A stretch of DNA of 64,000 nt. It comes from Phyllosticta citribraziliensis. Lineage: Eukaryota. Below, one piece after another: positions 62,964 to 64,000 of the stretch. Each line of letters begins with the position of its first letter. Positions within the stretch are counted from its first letter, which is position 1. The notes under the pieces are model-generated. The model made no database searches and had not been told where the DNA came from. It saw nothing but the letters and a program-made list of their open reading frames with translations. A program made the position numbers and the translations under genes. Where the stretch lies: assembly GCF_038025025.1 (NCBI RefSeq), contig NW_027117341.1, positions 992,001 through 1,056,000 on the forward strand, read 5' to 3'.

Positions 62964-64000
62964 TCAACTGAAGTGGTCGCAATGGTCTCCTTCGCCCATC
63001 TTCTTGCCAGCCCGTCCGCTCCTCAGCTTCCATCGCCGTCGCCGTTCCTTCTCCTCAGCCTCGCGCTCCAGTCGCCTCGTCTTCTTGCGCTCGTACACGG
63101 CCCGCACCGCTCGTCGCGTCTGTTCCTTGCCCTCGTCGAAGTTGGCCCGCGCCAGTTCCACCACCTTCTCAATGTCCTCCGGCGTATACACAAAGTTCCA
63201 CGTTGACATGAAGTCCGAACTTCTTGGATCCACGCCCTCGACCGTGGGGTTCCCCAGAAACGGAAAGTAAACCACCGTAATGCCCGCGTCCGGCCTCATC
63301 AGCTCCCAATCGTCCTCGACTTGCTTCGACACAGACTGCTCCCCCTCGTCCGACACTCGCTGCTCGCTGGTCCCCACCCAAACGTTGCAGTATCCCAGGT
63401 CGTAGCTTGGTCGCTCCTTGCCCATCCGATTCTGGTGCCGCTGTTGCTCTTCCTGCTCCTCCTGCGCCTCGGCCACCTTCTCCGCGGCAGCCTCTTTGCT
63501 CTCCGCCTGCGCAGAGTCCAAATCCCGCTGAATCTGCGCCTCTGATGATTCGGACGGTGGCCACCCCGCTCCGACCGGCCACCCAATGATTCCTCTCTGC
63601 TTGGTATACCCCTCTGCCACCTTGAGCCAATTGTCCGTCCTGACATCTGCCGATGCATCAAACGCAATGACCATGTCCACATCACGACCGGGCCGGAGCA
63701 GTGGATATATCGGCAGGTTGTTGCTCATACCCGCATCCATGAGCTGCAGATTCGACGTCGTAAACATGCTCTCTGGACACGTCGGGGGCAGTGATCCCTG
63801 CAAGCCGAGTGCGTAGTTGGGAATGACGGCAGGGTCTATGGGATGCGTTCTGGCCAGATCCTGATCCCTCTCTGCAATCATCTCGTCGATGCCCCCGAAA
63901 CCAGTCAGTCCGCGCAAAATTGGCCGAATTTCCTTGTAGTAGTGCGAAAGCGTTGCGCAGAATGCGCTTCCCCAGATGCCGAGCATCAATGGAATGCGCA
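62964..64000 (-). CDS. Cytosolic phospholipase A2 / lysophospholipase catalytic-domain protein, 3' part
   Basis: GIWGSAFCATL and LMDAGMSNNLPIYPLLRPGRDVDMVIAFDASAD (catalytic Asp region of the PLAc family). The frame stays open to the window edge. Confidence 0.88.
   Translation of the reverse strand, partial: RIPLMLGIWGSAFCATLSHYYKEIRPILRGLTGFGGIDEMIAERDQDLARTHPIDPAVIPNYALGLQGSLPPTCPESMFTTSNLQLMDAGMSNNLPIYPLLRPGRDVDMVIAFDASADVRTDNWLKVAEGYTKQRGIIGWPVGAGWPPSESSEAQIQRDLDSAQAESKEAAAEKVAEAQEEQEEQQRHQNRMGKERPSYDLGYCNVWVGTSEQRVSDEGEQSVSKQVEDDWELMRPDAGITVVYFPFLGNPTVEGVDPRSSDFMSTWNFVYTPEDIEKVVELARANFDEGKEQTRRAVRAVYERKKTRRLEREAEEKERRRRWKLRSGRAGKKMGEGDHCDHFS

Noticed and set aside
59615..63816. Plus-strand and alternative-frame ORFs over the phospholipase genes
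   Set aside because: Antisense or frame shadows; the spliced PLD and cPLA2 models explain the region.

Overview
Filamentous ascomycete (probably Dothideomycete-like) genomic DNA. GC-balanced, gene-bearing flanks hold a 3' fragment of kinetochore SPC24 and an RNase H1-domain fusion gene on the left, and phospholipase D plus the 3' part of a cytosolic phospholipase A2 gene on the right. Between them lies a ~57 kb gene-free, very AT-rich block (~1949-58957) almost devoid of CpA/TpG/CpG, i.e. heavily RIP-mutated. By eye the block resolves into a nest of Ty3/Gypsy LTR retrotransposons; letters are my own labels. An outer family-A shell has tandem LTR pairs at both ends. Two inverted family-B copies lie just inside it. 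Element D (4-bp TSD) splits the B(-) integrase and itself hosts three complete elements (G, H, A2). Element C (1.42-kb LTRs) sits in a possible TIR element F. The most unusual features are in the two large elements H (11.9 kb) and D (~13.3 kb without inserts). Both carry 3-3.5 kb of extra coding-like sequence after pol and lack a polypurine tract adjacent to the 3' LTR. H instead has an exact 12-bp reverse complement of its PBS at the PPT position. All protein motifs inside the block are manual de-RIP readings.
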